Assembly: GCA_038087875.1 (NCBI GenBank)
Contig: CM075996.1
Coordinates: forward strand, 7,814,001-7,878,000
DNA from: Malacoraja senta
Taxonomy: Eukaryota
Direction of reading: 5' to 3'
DNA: 64,000 nucleotides
In this document: positions 40,592-51,949 of the stretch, piece after piece
Layout: each line of letters starts with the position of its first letter
Position numbering within the stretch: position 1 is the stretch's first letter
Notes under the pieces: generated by a model
Seen by the model: only the letters and a program-made list of their open reading frames with translations
Told to the model about the DNA's origin: nothing
Database searches by the model: none
Made by a program: the position numbers and the translations under genes

Positions 40592-41929
40592 TATAGATAT
40601 ACACACACACACTATGTTTACATATCTGCTGTGTTGCTGCAAGTAAGAATTTCATTGTTGTGTTTCAGGACATATGACAATAAAACACTCTTGACTTGTT
40701 CTGGGCCTAGAAGTGGGGAAGCAACAGTGGGCTGGGGAATACGGTACACAGTATTGGTCTCTAACACTGATGAGATGCTGGTGTCCTTGACGGCAGTGGG
40801 CAGGCATGCACTCTCCATGTGTGCTGCAGAATGAGCACCAGCTGTGATGCTGAAGACTGCAGTTGTCCACCCCCCCCCCCCCCCCCAGCACAGCGAACAA
40901 CGTGACCGAGCTCAAGCTCCAGGCCACAGCACCGCAGCTCCCTGGAGCAGCTCAGAGACCCAAGGGCAGCAAAGCAGCCCAGCTCCCCGAGCAATGTAAG
41001 AGGGCATTGTGCTCCCATCTCGTCTCAGACCCAAGAGACTCCTCCGAGACCCAACATCTCAGGGACCCGGGGGGCAGCAAGCCAGCCCATCTCCTCGATC
41101 AAATGCAAGAAGGCATCGCCCTGCCACCTCACCTCAGCTCTACCACCCAGATGATGAAGGCCTGGCTTTGCCCATGGCCTACCCCGCAGCCCGTGATCCA
41201 GCCACATGGGCATTCCCTGATCATTCCCTCCTCTCCCCTCTCCCAAAAGCTTGAAAGATCATACCATTAGACTGAGAACCAACTTCTTCCCTTCTGTTAT
41301 CAGACTATGACATAGTCCTCCCATAAGCTGGGCTGCAGTCCTGATCTTCCAACCTACCTTATTGCAGACATTGGGCTTTTTCTCTAACTGGAACACTACA
41401 ATGCTGTAAAACTTTTCTGCATTCTAGTATTTCTCTCTTTGTATTACCTGTTGTAGTTTAGTTTAGTTTAGTTTTAGTTTAGGGACATTGCGTGGCAACA
41501 GGCCCTTCGGCCTATCTGGTCCCCGTCGACCAGCGATCCCCGCACATTAACACTATCCTACACAAACTAGAGACAATTTTTAAAAATATTTTTACAAAGC
41601 CAATTAACCTACAGACCTGTACGTCTTTGGAGTGTGGGAGGAAACCGATGATCTCGGAGAAAACCCACGCGGTCACGGGGAGAATGTACAAACTCCGTAC
41701 AGACAGCACCTGCAGTTGAGATTGAACCAGAGTCTCTGGCGCTGTAAGGTGTTAGTGTTAATGTACGGGGATCGCTGGTCGGTGCGGACTCGGTGAACCG
41801 AAGGGCTTGTTTCCGTGCTGTATCTCTAAACTAAACTAAACATAGGAACTGTCCCTAGCCTAGGGCGAGCAGTTGGAGATACAGGCGTTTTGTTTGTGAG
41901 GAAGCGACTTTGTTCCAAGAGGATGTGAC

Positions 41930-42100
41930 CTGCAAAGTAGTTTCTGAGGTCGGTGTGCAGGCAGGTCTCCAGGAAGCGACGCAGGGGCAGGATGTGAGCT
42001 CGGGCAGCGGTCCAGTCTGTCAGGAAGTCCTCCACCACGTGGTGGATGCTGCTCGGACGTGGCAGTGGCCACTGCTTTGGTCTCTGCGTCATCTCCGTCT
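41930..42100 (-). CDS. FOXRED2: FOXRED2 internal coding exon, 171 nt
   Basis: Translates to [57 protein letters not shown]. Acceptor ttgttttcag, donor CAG|GTCACA (weak). Phase 1 to 1. Confidence 0.93.
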
Positions 42101-42212
42101 CTGAAAACAAGCAAAGAATCAACAAGGTGCACGCCGATCTACTCTCGCCCCTGGTCAGCAGGAGCTGCCCTCTCTGTGCCCCCACAACGTGCCCTGTTCA
42201 TGCACACACTCA

Positions 42213-42806
42213 AGGGCCTGTCCCACTTGGGCGTCATTTACGCGACAGGCCGGTAGTAACTGTTGCGCGAAAATCGTCTAGCAGTACGACAGTCGCGCGC
42301 CAAGTGCTCTTGAGGGCCCTTCTTCTTTTGGGAGCCATTTGCGATGTCATTCGTACTTAATCCGATCACCGTGGCAAGGATTTTCCCAGTGAAAAAATTT
42401 CAAAACTACGCGCGCTTTATACCCGGGTGGTCACGTGGTGCGGTGCTCTAATGACGCGCAAATGGCGCGCCGATCGCGTACGAGCGGCACACGGTTACGG
42501 ACGTTGACGCACGGTGACGCATAATAAATTAGCATAGGCAATGTTCGTGCGTCACCGTGCGTAACCATGCATCACCACGCGCTACACGTACGATGTCAGT
42601 ACGTCAGCATGCGCCATCAGTACGTCAGCGTGCGCAAGGGATACGTCACGCAGGTGGCGAGCGAGGATTTTGAGCATTCCAAAATCCTGGGGCGTCACGT
42701 GTTTCCGCGCGTCACTGCATACGCCACCACGCCTCACCATGCGCCAACCAATTATCAGGATGTCTTGTAAATGACGCGCAGATGACGCCCAAGTGGGACA
42801 GGCCCT
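42213..42806. mobile_element. PIF/Harbinger-type MITE, CpG-rich interior
   Basis: TIR AGGGCCTGTCCCACTTGGGCGTCAT, TCA TSD (42210-42212 and 42807-42809). Confidence 0.88.
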
Positions 42807-43075
42807 TCACTCACACACGTTCACAAGCCCACTCTGGGTGCAAGAGGCATAATGAAGACAGACCGGCACAATTCCCCACACACAGACAAACTGTACACTC
42901 CATACAAGGTACTATATCAGAGAGACTTAGCTCACTGCTATCAATCATGGCACAGGCTTGTGTGATTGTTTAGTTTTTCAATCCAGGGAAAACCTGATTG
43001 AGTGAATAATGGATACTTTACATGTTGGTTTTCACTGTCAGCTTCAAGCCCATAAAGAGAAAGACATGATCTAGC

Positions 43076-43370
43076 AGCACGGTGGCACAGCGGTAGAACT
43101 GCTGCCTTGCAGCACCAGAGACGCAGGCTCGATCCTGACTACTGGGGCTGTCTGTACGGAGTTTGTACGTTCTCTCTGCGACTGTGTGGGTTTCCTCTGG
43201 GCACTCCGGTTTCCTCCCACATTCCCGAGACGGGCAGGTCTGTAGGTTAATTAGTCTCTGTAAATCTTCCCAAGTGCGTAGGACACAGAACTAGTGTGAA
43301 CGCGTGATCACTGGTCGGCGTGGACTCGGTGGGTCGAAGGGGGCTGTTTCCAAGCTGTATCTCTAATGTA
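43076..43370 (+). mobile_element. tRNA-derived V-SINE (HE1-like), full length
   Basis: Pol III A box TGGCACAGCGG and B box GGCTCGATCC, plus the V-domain-like GGAGTTTGTACGTTCTC...CTCCGGTTTCCTCCCACA. Confidence 0.85.
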
Positions 43371-43479
43371 AAGTTGCTCTAATGAATGGAGAACCTTCTG
43401 AGTGATGGAGTCACACTGCACAGATCAGGCCTTGCAGCTCACCATTTCTATGTCAACCATGAATGACCCCTCTGTACTA

Positions 43480-44115
43480 AGGTATACAAAAATGCTGGAC
43501 AAACTCAGCGGGTGAGGCAGCATCCATGGAGCAAAGGAATAGGTGACGTTTCGGGTCGAGACCCTTCTTCAGACTGATGTGGGGGTGGGGGGCGGGAAGA
43601 AAGGAAGAGGCGGAGACAGTGGGTTGTGGGAGAGCTGGGAAGGGGAGGGGAAAGAGAGAGAAAGCAAGGACTACCTGAAATTGGAGAAGTCAATGTTCAT
43701 ACCACTGGGGTGTAAACTACCCAAGCGAAATACGAGGTGCTGCTCCTCCAATTTACGATGGGACTCTGGCCATGGAGGAGGCCCAGGACAGAAAGGTCGG
43801 ATTCGGAATGGGAGGGGGAGTTAAAGTGCTGAGCCACCGGGAGATCAGGTTGGTTAATGTGGACCGAGCGGAGGTGTTGGGCGAAGCGATCGCCAAGCCT
43901 GCGCTTGGTCTCACCGATGTAGAGCAGCTGACATCTAGAGCAGTGGATGCAATAGATGAGGTTGGAGGAGGTGCAGGTGAACCTCTGCCGCACCTGGAAA
44001 GGCTGCTTAGGTCCTTGGGTGGAGTCAAAGGGGGAGGTAAAACGACAAGTGTAGCATTTCCTGCGGTTGCAAGGGAAAGTACCAGGGGAGGGGGTGGTTT
44101 GGGTGCGAAGGGACG
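43480..44115 (-). mobile_element. Penelope-like element 3' fragment (GIY-YIG endonuclease plus terminal repeat)
   Basis: PGTFPCNRRKCYTC..FTCTSSNLIYCIHCSRCQLLYIGETKRRLGDRFAQH, followed by a 3' region with a hammerhead core at 43545-43572. Related fragments lie at about 5327-6680, 19815-20243, 25500-25760 and 37085-37730. Confidence 0.92.
43545..43572 (-). ncRNA. Minimal type I hammerhead ribozyme core in a Penelope terminal repeat
   Basis: CUGAAGA-A-GGGU-CUCG-ACCC-GAAAC-GUC: conserved CUGANGA and GAAA boxes, a stem II hairpin, a palindromic ACGU stem III and a GUC cleavage triplet. Confidence 0.7.
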
Positions 44116-44469
44116 AACAGCACTTGGTCCACAATTTGCTGACACCGTTGCAAATCAGGTACATCTCCAGATGCTTCTTAAAAGTTGCGAGAATGTATAC
44201 CTCCACCAGCCCTTCAGGCAGTGTGCGGAGGTCCAAACCATCCTCTGACAAAAAATCTTCCTCACATCCCCTCTGAACCTCTGGCTCCTCACCTTAAACC
44301 ATAACTTAGACATCTTCTGTCATGGGGGAGCTTCTCATAGATTGAGTAGATCCAATGACCTATATCATCATCAGTCTGGATACCTCCAACAGATGCTCCC
44401 ACTCCCTTCTCTGCTCCAAGGGAAACAAACCCAGCATATCCAAACTCTGCTCACAATGGATCGACTGGG

Positions 44470-45425
44470 CTTTAGGATGAGCGGGGATCTTATAGAAACA
44501 TATTAAAATTCTTAAGGGATTGGACAGGCTAGATGCAAGAAAAATGTTCCCAATGTTGGGGGGAGTCCAGAATCAGGGGGTCACAGTTTAAGAATAAGGG
44601 GTAGGCCATATAGGACTGAGATGAGGATAATCTTTTTCACCCAGAGAATTGTGAATCTGGGCAATTCTCTACCACAGAAGGCAGTGGAGGCCATTTCACT
44701 GGATGTTTTCAATAGAGAGTTAGATATAGCTCTTAGGGCCAACGGAATCAAGGGATATAGGGAGAAAGCAGGAACAGGGTACTGATTTTAGATGATGTGC
44801 CATGATCATATTGAATGATATTGGCGGTGCTGGCTCGAAGGGCCAAAGGGCCTACTCCTGCACCTATTTTCTACGTTTCTATGTTAATCGAAACATTCCA
44901 TCCCAGGCAACATCCTGGAGAATCTCCAATAGTATTTCATCCTTATTATAGCGAGGTGACCAGAACTATACACAATTAATTTATGATGAGCGTTTGTCGG
45001 CACTGGGCCTGTACTCGGTGGTGTTTAGAAGAATGAGGGGGGACCTCATTGTAACATACAGGAGAATGAAAGGCTTGGATAGAGTGGATGTGGGGAGGAT
45101 GTTTCCACTAGTGGGTGAGTCTAGGATTTGAGGTCATAGCCTCAGAATTAAAGGACGTTCTTTTAGGAAGGAGATGAGGAGAAATGTCTTTAGTCAGAGG
45201 GTGGTGAATCTGTGGAATTCTTTGCCACAGAAGGCTGTGGAGGCCAAGTCAGTGGATATTTTTAAGGCCGAGAGAGATAGATTCTTGATTAGTGCAGGTG
45301 TCAGAGGTTATGGGGAGCAGGCAGGCGAATGGGGTTAGGAGGGAGAGATAGATCAGCCATGATTGAATGGTCAGAGTACAATTGATGGGCCGAATGGTCT
45401 AATACTACTGCTATCACTTATGACT
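44470..45425 (+). mobile_element. Two tandem CR1 3' fragments of different subfamilies
   Basis: CR1 ORF2 C-terminal and 3' UTR sequence at about 44475-44884 and 44980-45425. Confidence 0.85.
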
Positions 45426-45899
45426 GACCTTAATATTTCAGTCGTGGCCTTGGCAATGTTTCAACGCTGTTATATTCTAAGCCTCAGCTAATGAAGACAA
45501 GCAACGAGTATGCCTTGTCCACCAGCCCATCTACCTATGCTGTCCCCTTCGGAGATCTGTGGTCTTCCACAGAAAGGTTCCTCAAGACTTCCCCCAAGCC
45601 TATCGTTCATTATGTATGTCCAATCTGCCTTGGATCATCCAAAAGGCATCACTTCATATTAGTCAGGATTAAGATCCCTCTCCACTACCCTGCCTAATTT
45701 ACAACTGATCAATATTTTTGAAGATTAAGCCGACCCTCCTCGCCATCAACTACCAATTTTACTTCTTCTGCAAACTTGCTGACTCTGCTGTAAATTCCAT
45801 GGCCTTTAGCCTTGTGGAGAGGTTTTCCATGGGGGACTGGTCAAAGACCTTACTGGAGTTCATGTAAACCACATCAATGGCACTGGCGTCGTCAGCATA

Positions 45900-47298
45900 C
45901 AGTGGCTTGCAAAAGTATTCATACCCCTTGAACTTTTCCACATTTTGTCACGTTACAACCACAGACGTAAATGTATTTTATTGGGATTTTATGTGATAGA
46001 CCAACACAAAGTGGTGCATAATTGTGAAGTGGAAGGGAAATGATACATGGTTTTCAAATTTTTTTACAAATAAAAAACTGAAAAGTGTGGCGTGCAAAAG
46101 TATTCAGCCCTCCTGAGTCAATACTTTGTAGAACCACCTTTCGCTGCAATTACAGCTGCAAGTCTTTTGGGGTGTGTCTCTACCAGCTTTGCACATCTAG
46201 AGACTGAAATTTTTGCCCATTCTTCTTTGCAAAATAGCTCAAGCTCAGTCAGATTGGATGGAGAGCGTCTGTGAACAGCAATTTTCAAGTCTTGCCAGAG
46301 ATTCTCAATTGAATTTATGTCTGGACTTTGACTGGGCCATTCTAACACATGAATATGCTTTGATCTAAACCATTCCATTGTAGCTCTGGCTGTATGTTTA
46401 GGGTCGTTGTCCTGCTGGAAGGTGAACCTCCGCCCCAGTCTCAAGTCTTTTGCAGACTCTAACAGGTTTTCTTCCAAGATTGCCCTGTATTTGGCTCCAT
46501 CCATCTTCCCATCAACTCTGACCAGCTTCCCTGTCCCTGCTGAAGAAAAGCATCCCCACAGCATGATGCTGCCACCACCATGTTTCACAGTGGGGATGGT
46601 GTGTTCAGGGTGATGTGCAGTGTTAGTTTTCCGCCACACATAGTGTTTTGCATTTAGGCCCAAAACTTCAATTTTGGTCTCATCTGACCAGAGCACCTTC
46701 CTCCACATGCTTGCTGTGTCCCCCACATGGTTTGTGGCAAACTGCAAACGGGACTTCTTATGGCTTTCTTCTTGCCACTCTTCCATAAAGGCCCGATTTG
46801 TGGAGTGCACGACTAATAGTTGTCCTGTGGACAGATTCTCCCACCTGAGCTGTGGATCTCTGCAGCTCCTCCAGAGTTACCATGGCTGCTTCTCTGATCA
46901 ATGCCTGTCAGTTTAGGTGGACGGCCATGTCTTGGTAGGTTTGCAGTTGTGCCATACTCTTTCCATTTTCGGATAATGGATTTATACTGAGATTAGATTA
47001 CACACAAGTGGACTCTATTTACTAATTAGGTGACTTCTGAAGGCAATTGGTTGCACTGGATTTTATTTAGGGGTATCAGAGTAAAAGGGGCTGAATACTT
47101 TTGCATGCCACACTTTTCAGTTTTTTATTTGTAAAAAAATTTGAAAACCATGTATCATTTTCCTTCCACTTCACAATTATGCGCCACTTTGTGTTGGTCT
47201 ATCACATAAAATCCCAATAAAATACATTTACGTTTGTGGTTGTAACGTGACAAAATGTGGAAAAGTTCAAGGGGTATGAAAACTTTTGCAAGCCACTG
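45900..47298 (-). mobile_element. Tc1-family (DD34E, IR/DR type) DNA transposon with internal deletion
   Basis: About 211-bp TIRs (45900-46110 and 47088-47298) starting CAGTGGCTTGCAAAAGTATTCA, with an inner direct repeat. TA duplicated on both sides. 1399 bp long. Confidence 0.96.
46118..46810 (-). pseudogene. Tc1 transposase catalytic domain (N-terminal DNA-binding region deleted or frameshifted)
   Basis: WSDETK, TVKHGGGSIMLWGCF, FQQDNDPKH, WPSQSPDINSIENLW, ending KGGSTKY*. Confidence 0.93.
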
Positions 47299-47543
47299 TA
47301 TACCCCTACTTCTTCAAGAAACGTAATCAGTCATTCAGGATCTCCCACCAACAAACCTGCGGCGACTAAACATGTTTAACCTCCATCTTTTCAAAGGTGG
47401 ATCATTCGTGTACCTCAGGGACAGTTTTTTCCCCCAATACTGTTGACACGTCCATTGGATCGACGGTCAGACGAGACTCCGACATGCAGGGGGTTTTGAG
47501 GCAGCAGAAGGGGGACGCAGGGAAGAACGCACAAAACACTCAC

Positions 47544-47785
47544 CTGTCGGGATGTGCCTGTAGAAGTAGACGACAGGGTGGAGAAAGTTGGAGAGCCACG
47601 CGTGCTTTGGGTCCCCCACGGAACGGCTAGGGTGGAAAACATCTGCCTCGGGTTTGGAGAAGTTGCTCCCGTATTCCAGATTAATAACAAACAGTCCATT
47701 TTCTGCCTTTTTCCCGGTGTTTTGCCAGAGGTGCGGGAGTGCTCCAATCGGATATTCTTCCAAGTACTCAAACTCGGTGGCATTT
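47544..47785 (-). CDS. FOXRED2: FOXRED2 internal coding exon, 242 nt
   Basis: Translates to [80 protein letters not shown]. Acceptor gatgtttag, donor AG|GTGAGT. Phase 2 to 1. Confidence 0.95.
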
Positions 47786-48004
47786 CTAAACATCCAGAGC
47801 AGGAGCAATGTTAGACTCAGCAGACTCAGGAACTGTCCCAAATACTGGAGATGCACCGAGATATTTACTGTTAGCATCCCTTCAGAAGTTATAGGAGCAG
47901 AATTAGGCCATTCAGCCCATCCAGTCTACTCCGCCATTCAATCATGGCTGATCTATCTTTCCCTCTCAACCCCATTCTCCTGCCTTCTCCCCGTAACCCC
48001 TGAC

Positions 48005-48308
48005 ATGGTGGCGCAGCGGTAGAGCTACTGCCTCACAGCGCCAGAGACCCGGGTTTGAACCCGACGACGGGTGCTGTCTGTACGGAGTTTGTTCGTTCTC
48101 CCTGTGACCTGCGTGGGTTTTCTCAGAGATCCTCGGGTTTGTCCCACACTCCAAAGACATACAGGTTTGTAGGTTAATTGGCTTGGTATAAATGTAACAT
48201 TGTCCCTAGAGTGTGTAGGGTAGTGTTAATGTGCGGGGCTCGCTGGTCAGTGCAGTCTCGGTGGGCAGATAGACCTGTTTCCGCGCTGTATCTCTAAAGT
48301 AAACTAAA
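48005..48308 (+). mobile_element. tRNA-derived V-SINE (HE1-like)
   Basis: A box, B box, V domain and a (CTAAA)n tail. Further copies at about 48740-49020(+), 41455-41748(-), 8530-8840(-), 10322-10525(-), 11800-12090(-), 29210-29470(-), 35555-35808(+), 62150-62341(-) and 63822-64000(-). Confidence 0.85.
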
Positions 48309-49019
48309 ACAACTCATGAGATCTTGATTGAACATAGTAATCTAACCTACACCCTCCTTACAAGTAGGTTCTCCTAAGATAGACACAAAATGCTGGAGTA
48401 ACTCAGCGGGACAGGCAGCATCTCTGGAGAGAAGGAATGGGTGACGTTTCGGGTCGAGATGGGTGATGTTTCGGGTCGAGACCCTTCTTCCGAAGGGTCT
48501 CGACCCGAAACGTCACCCATTCCTTCTCTCCAGAGATGCTGCCCGTCCCGCTGAGTTACTCCAGCATTTTGTCTATCTACAGTGCAAACTAGCATCTGCA
48601 GTTCCTTCCTACACAAGTAGTTTCTCCTGCTCACTAACTCTTGAGCCCACTCAGTGTTAAACATCAGTCTGAGTCAATAGGCTAAACACAATGAGTGCCC
48701 AGAAACCCAGTGTGTTGGTCCCTGTTACTTTATTGAAGATTGGCGCAGCGGTAGAGTTGCTGCCTTACAGCACTTGCAGCGCCATAGACCCGGGTTCGAT
48801 CCTGACTACGGGTGCTGTCTGTACGGAGTTTATACGTTCTCACCGTGACCGGCATGGGTTTCCTCCGAGATCTTCGGTCTCCTCCCACACTCCAAAGACG
48901 TACAGGTATGTAGGTTAATTGGCTTGGTGTATCCGTAAATTGTCCCCAGTGTGTGTAGGACAGTGTTTAACGTGCGGGGGAGCACTAGTCGGTTTCCGCG
49001 CTGTATCTCTAAACTAAAC

Positions 49020-49206
49020 TTCTTCTTCTTCTTGCGAATAAACATAAACCAAAGGAATAGTTAGATCTCAAGCCGGGTGTTGAGCAGCCAGGTTGTTGTC
49101 TCTGTTGGCGTCAATGTCTGCTAGGCCCTGAGCTCCATTTGGTGGGTGATAGAGCGGGCACCCAGAGATGACATGGTTGGCTGTCTGTTGTTCTGCTCCA
49201 CAGACT
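49020..49206 (-). mobile_element. I-group (Vingi/Ingi-like) LINE 3' end inserted in a SINE tail
   Basis: Minus strand reads VCGAEQQTANHVISGCPLYHPPNG...TTWLLNTRLEI* (zinc knuckle remnant) with a (GAA)n tail. SINE (CTAAA)n repeats flank it on both sides. Confidence 0.65.
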
Positions 49207-50741
49207 AAACTAAACTAAACATGTGGTACTCTCAAGAGAGGGCTGTGGTTGTGAGCTACAGAGGCATAAAGGCCTGTGTCATGTCATTATGAGATAAGAC
49301 AGCAATTCCTGGAATGGATCTGAAGAGAACCAGTTTAGTCCCATCGTGAGCACGTGTGGCAATGAGGGACGTCTACAAATGTGGTTCATTTGCTGTGTTT
49401 GAGAGGTTGCAAGTGGAGGCCAGAATGGCAACACGTTTCCGTAAGACTTCACCCTTTTCTGTGGGGACTCTGCTGATCAGAATAACCTAGATTAGATTTG
49501 TGGGGTATTAATCCAGCTAACTTTCCATTGAAGCAATAGGCAATGGTTCTTTCATTAATAATAGTAGTCTCATTAGTCTCATAGTAACAGCTATAGTAAT
49601 AGCTATAATTACCACAGTCTCACAGTAATAGCCCTAGCAAACTCTGAGCCACTCAGGCCTGTCATCAGTATTTTATTCACAAAATGCTAGAAAAACTCAG
49701 CAGGACAGGCAATAGACAATAGACAATAGACAATAGGTGCATGAGTAGGCCATTCGGCCCTTCGAGCCAGCACCGCCATTCACTGTGATCATGGCTGATC
49801 ATCCCCAATCAGTACCCCGTTCCTGCCTTCTCCCCATAATCCCCTGACTCTGCTATCTTTAAGAGCCCTATCTAGCTCTCTCTTGAAAGCAAGAAAGATA
49901 TAGACTTTGATGTAGGGAGAAAGAGAACAAATGAATGAAAGATATGCAAAATATACTTTCTTGCACATCTTTCATCATTAGTTCTACATCTCTCTACATC
50001 ACCGCCTACATCACACGTTTCCCTCTCCCCTGACTCGCAGTCTGAAGCAAGGGTCTCGACCCGAAACGCCACCCATTCCTTCTCTCCAGAGATGCTGCCT
50101 GTCCCGCTGAGTTACTCCAGCATTTTGTGTCTATCTTCGGTTTAAACCAGCATCTGCAGTTCCTTCCTACGCATCAGTTATTTTCTTTCCCCGCTATCAA
50201 AGGGATCTACAGGACTCACCTGCCTCAAGTAGGCAGCTAATATCAAAGGCCCACACCCACCCTGGCCACGCTCTCATCTCACTGCTACCATTGGGAAGAA
50301 GGTACAGGAGTCTGAGGCTCCTGTACCTTCTTCCCAATGGTAGCAGTGAGATGAGAGCGTGGTTAGGGTGGTGTGGGTCTTTTGATATTAGTTGCCTTCA
50401 TTATCTGCAAGATCAAGAACAGCTTCCTCCTGTCAAGTATCAGGTTCTTGAACTACCCTGCACAACTCCACCTTGCCCCACAGAACTGCTCGGGACATTG
50501 CACTATATACTTTAGCTTGCACTCTCATGCTCTGGTTTATCTATGGTAACTAATAATTTTACTTCGGAGTCACGTGAGTGACTACGTGAAGAACCCCGCC
50601 AGAGCGCCTGCGCATTGGCGCAAACGGACGCAAGGAGCTCTAGTGGAATTGTAGTTTTCAACTACAAGGTAAGTATAAACTTTTTAAACGTATTTCCGGG
50701 TCCGTTTGCTGTGGGTATGTGGGCATTTTTTCCACAGACAC

Positions 50742-51900
50742 CATGGAAAAAACGGGCAAGGGGAAGAGGCGAGTGACTCAGCCGACAGAAAGTCGGGAGA
50801 TTGCGGTTAGCGACCGACCGCCTCTAACCCCGGTACAGTCGCCAGCGGTGAGCGTAGCGATTGTGGACCTGGGGCTGGTAAGAACACAGTCAGCGCCTGT
50901 CGGGCGCAAGGCCAAGTTTAAATCCAGACGGCCCACGGATGAGGAGTCCCAGGCAATGGAAGTAGCTCCAGGGCTAGATACCGCTTTTGAGCGGATTGCC
51001 CAGATGGAAAGCCTTGTGCATAGGCTGTTGGAGCGAAGCACACTCAGGGAGGAGTGTAGCAAAACCCAAGCAGCTCAACAGCTCCTGGTTCAGGGCTGAT
51101 GGAATGCACCCTCAGGGATGAGGCGCGTGCCATGGGTCATGAGAGTTCAGACCCCGACTGACGGTGAGGCTGTACAAGGTGAAGAACGGCAGCTGCCAGA
51201 TATTCCACCCCTGGCAGTACGATTCGCTGCCCCGTCAGGGTCAGGAGAGCCATTAGGAGAAGAATTGGCCTCCCTAATAAATTACTTGGTTTCCCATCAG
51301 CTGGAACAGCAGGAGATGGATGAGACTGCAAGAAAGCATGAGACCCCAAGTAACTGTGTGTTGCTGAAAGCACCAGCAGTGAATCAAATCATCTGGAATC
51401 AGTTGAGTATGACTATGAGAACTCAAGAAGTGAAATTGCAGAGAATATTAAAGCTGCTGAGTTCTGGAATAACTGCTTTTGCCAGAATAGCCGATAAAAG
51501 CCAAGAGATGACGGAGTTGCATCAGGAAGCACTGGGGTTGCTATGCAGCACCCACTTCGAGATCAATGGTCTGAGGAAGGGTGCTATACGGCCTACTATG
51601 AATCCGAAATTCGCAGCACTCTGCAAACCAAGTAATATACAATTACCCAACTTACTCTTTGGAGAGGATCTCGGGAGACGTATTAAAGAGTTGGAAGATG
51701 AAGCGAAAACAGGATTGATGAAAACATCGATGGTTGTAAAGTCTGTAAAGAGGAGGTATCCTTTCAGACGTCATACGGATCCTGGACCAGGACCAAGTCG
51801 CTCATCAACGCAGGGACGTAGCTGGCGGCCTGCAGCAGGAGCAAGAACCAGTGGGGGTGCTTCCGGGAGAACCCAGGGACCTCAGGGTACTCAAATGACT
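50742..51900 (+). pseudogene. DIRS gag-like ORF (interrupted)
   Basis: ORF track 50719-51099 and 51118-52044. Contains the DIRS-gag-like segment HETPSNCVLLKAPAVNQIIW...LLFGEDL. In-frame TGA at 51097-51099. Confidence 0.75.
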
Positions 51901-51949
51901 CAAGAGGTAGGTGGACCTGGTTCTCATGGGAACATACTAACCGGATTAA

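Noticed and set aside
40863..41270. 135-aa Pro/Gln-rich ORF in the last FOXRED2 intron
   Set aside because: Non-ATG start, no splice context and no recognisable domain.
43076..43140. tRNA-like A and B boxes
   Set aside because: These are SINE heads followed by a V domain and tail, without a complete cloverleaf.
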